DNA of 64,000 nucleotides from an uncultured Gammaproteobacteria bacterium (GTDB taxonomy: Bacteria; Pseudomonadota; Gammaproteobacteria; DRLM01): the NCBI GenBank assembly GCA_963810615.1, contig CAWEOA010000001.1:119297-183296 (forward strand), in the 5' to 3' direction. The position numbers and the translations under genes are program-made. Of this stretch, positions 63,417 through 64,000 are shown one piece after another (positions within the stretch are counted from its first letter, which is position 1; the number at the start of each line of letters is the position of its first letter). The notes beneath the pieces are model-generated. The model was not told where the DNA came from. It did no database searches and saw nothing but the letters and a program-made list of their open reading frames with translations.

Positions 63417-64000
63417 ATGGAGCTGGAAACTAAAGTCGTCGCTTGGCATATTCTGGGCGCGGCCGAAGTATGCGCAGTCTTGGAGGTCGATCCGGATAAG
63501 GGGTTGACTGATGCCGTTGTTGAGCAGCGTCGCACGGTATATGGTGATAACACCATCCAAGAACAGCATCGACGCAGCTTGTGGCGCCTACTGCTCTCCC
63601 AATTCACCGATTTCATGATTGTGGTGCTGATCGTTGCGGCAGTGATTGCCGGTATGGTTGGGGAACTCGCCGACAGTATTGCCATCGTCGTCATCGTGCT
63701 GCTCAACGGGCTGATCGGTTTTATCCAGGATTACCGTGCCGAACAGGCCATAAATGCCTTGCGGCAACTGTCTGCACCCACGGCCAAGGTGCGCCGAAAC
63801 GGCCGCATCCTAACCCTGGCGAGCAATGAATTGATCCCCGGCGACATAGTCTTGCTGGAGGTAGGCAATATCGTCCCGGCGGATCTGCGGGCGTTGGAGA
63901 TGATTCAGCTGCTGGTTAACGAGGCATCTCTGACCGGCGAGTCGGTGTCGGTGGAGAAAGACGCGGGCGCCGTTGCGGCGGCGCAATCGTCGCTCGGTGA
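63417..64000 (+). CDS. cation-transporting P-type ATPase (P2A-like), 5' part
   Basis: Manual translation: GLT..YGDN, QFTDFMIVVL, IQDYRAEQAINAL, PGDIV, VPADLR, EASLTGES. Confidence 0.93.
   Translation, partial: MELETKVVAWHILGAAEVCAVLEVDPDKGLTDAVVEQRRTVYGDNTIQEQHRRSLWRLLLSQFTDFMIVVLIVAAVIAGMVGELADSIAIVVIVLLNGLIGFIQDYRAEQAINALRQLSAPTAKVRRNGRILTLASNELIPGDIVLLEVGNIVPADLRALEMIQLLVNEASLTGESVSVEKDAGAVAAAQSSLG

Overview
GC-rich gammaproteobacterial chromosome segment, mostly core genes. Left end: a circularly permuted ATP-grasp/alpha-E operon and a NasT-like receiver fragment, each behind a sigma54 promoter with NtrC-like boxes, then mixed accessory genes (GNAT, cytochrome c, DUF938, internally deleted DASS transporter, NnrS, sugar dehydrogenase, patatin, arfB, yceH, mutarotase, DUF1631, HDOD, GH15). 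Middle: addB-like, fdxA, mutS, rhodanese, suhB, trmJ-cysE-iscR-iscS-iscA, ndk-rlmN-pilW-rodZ-hisS-yfgM-bamB-der (no ispG), nrdJ, M23 peptidase, xseA, guaB-guaA-tadA. The best novelty candidate is an AT-richer block between tadA and tRNA-Ser(CGA): one full-length MalT-like STAND/wHTH-BTAD regulator followed by two NTPase-only paralogs, both behind the same TGTGA direct-repeat promoter. Right end: tlpA-DUF4266-DUF3570-apbE flavinylation operon, bcp/oxyR-rubrerythrin-rubredoxin-reductase, trkH-trkA and a partial P-type ATPase. No CRISPR array, integrase or transposase was recognised. All family calls are from motif recognition by eye, not database searches.
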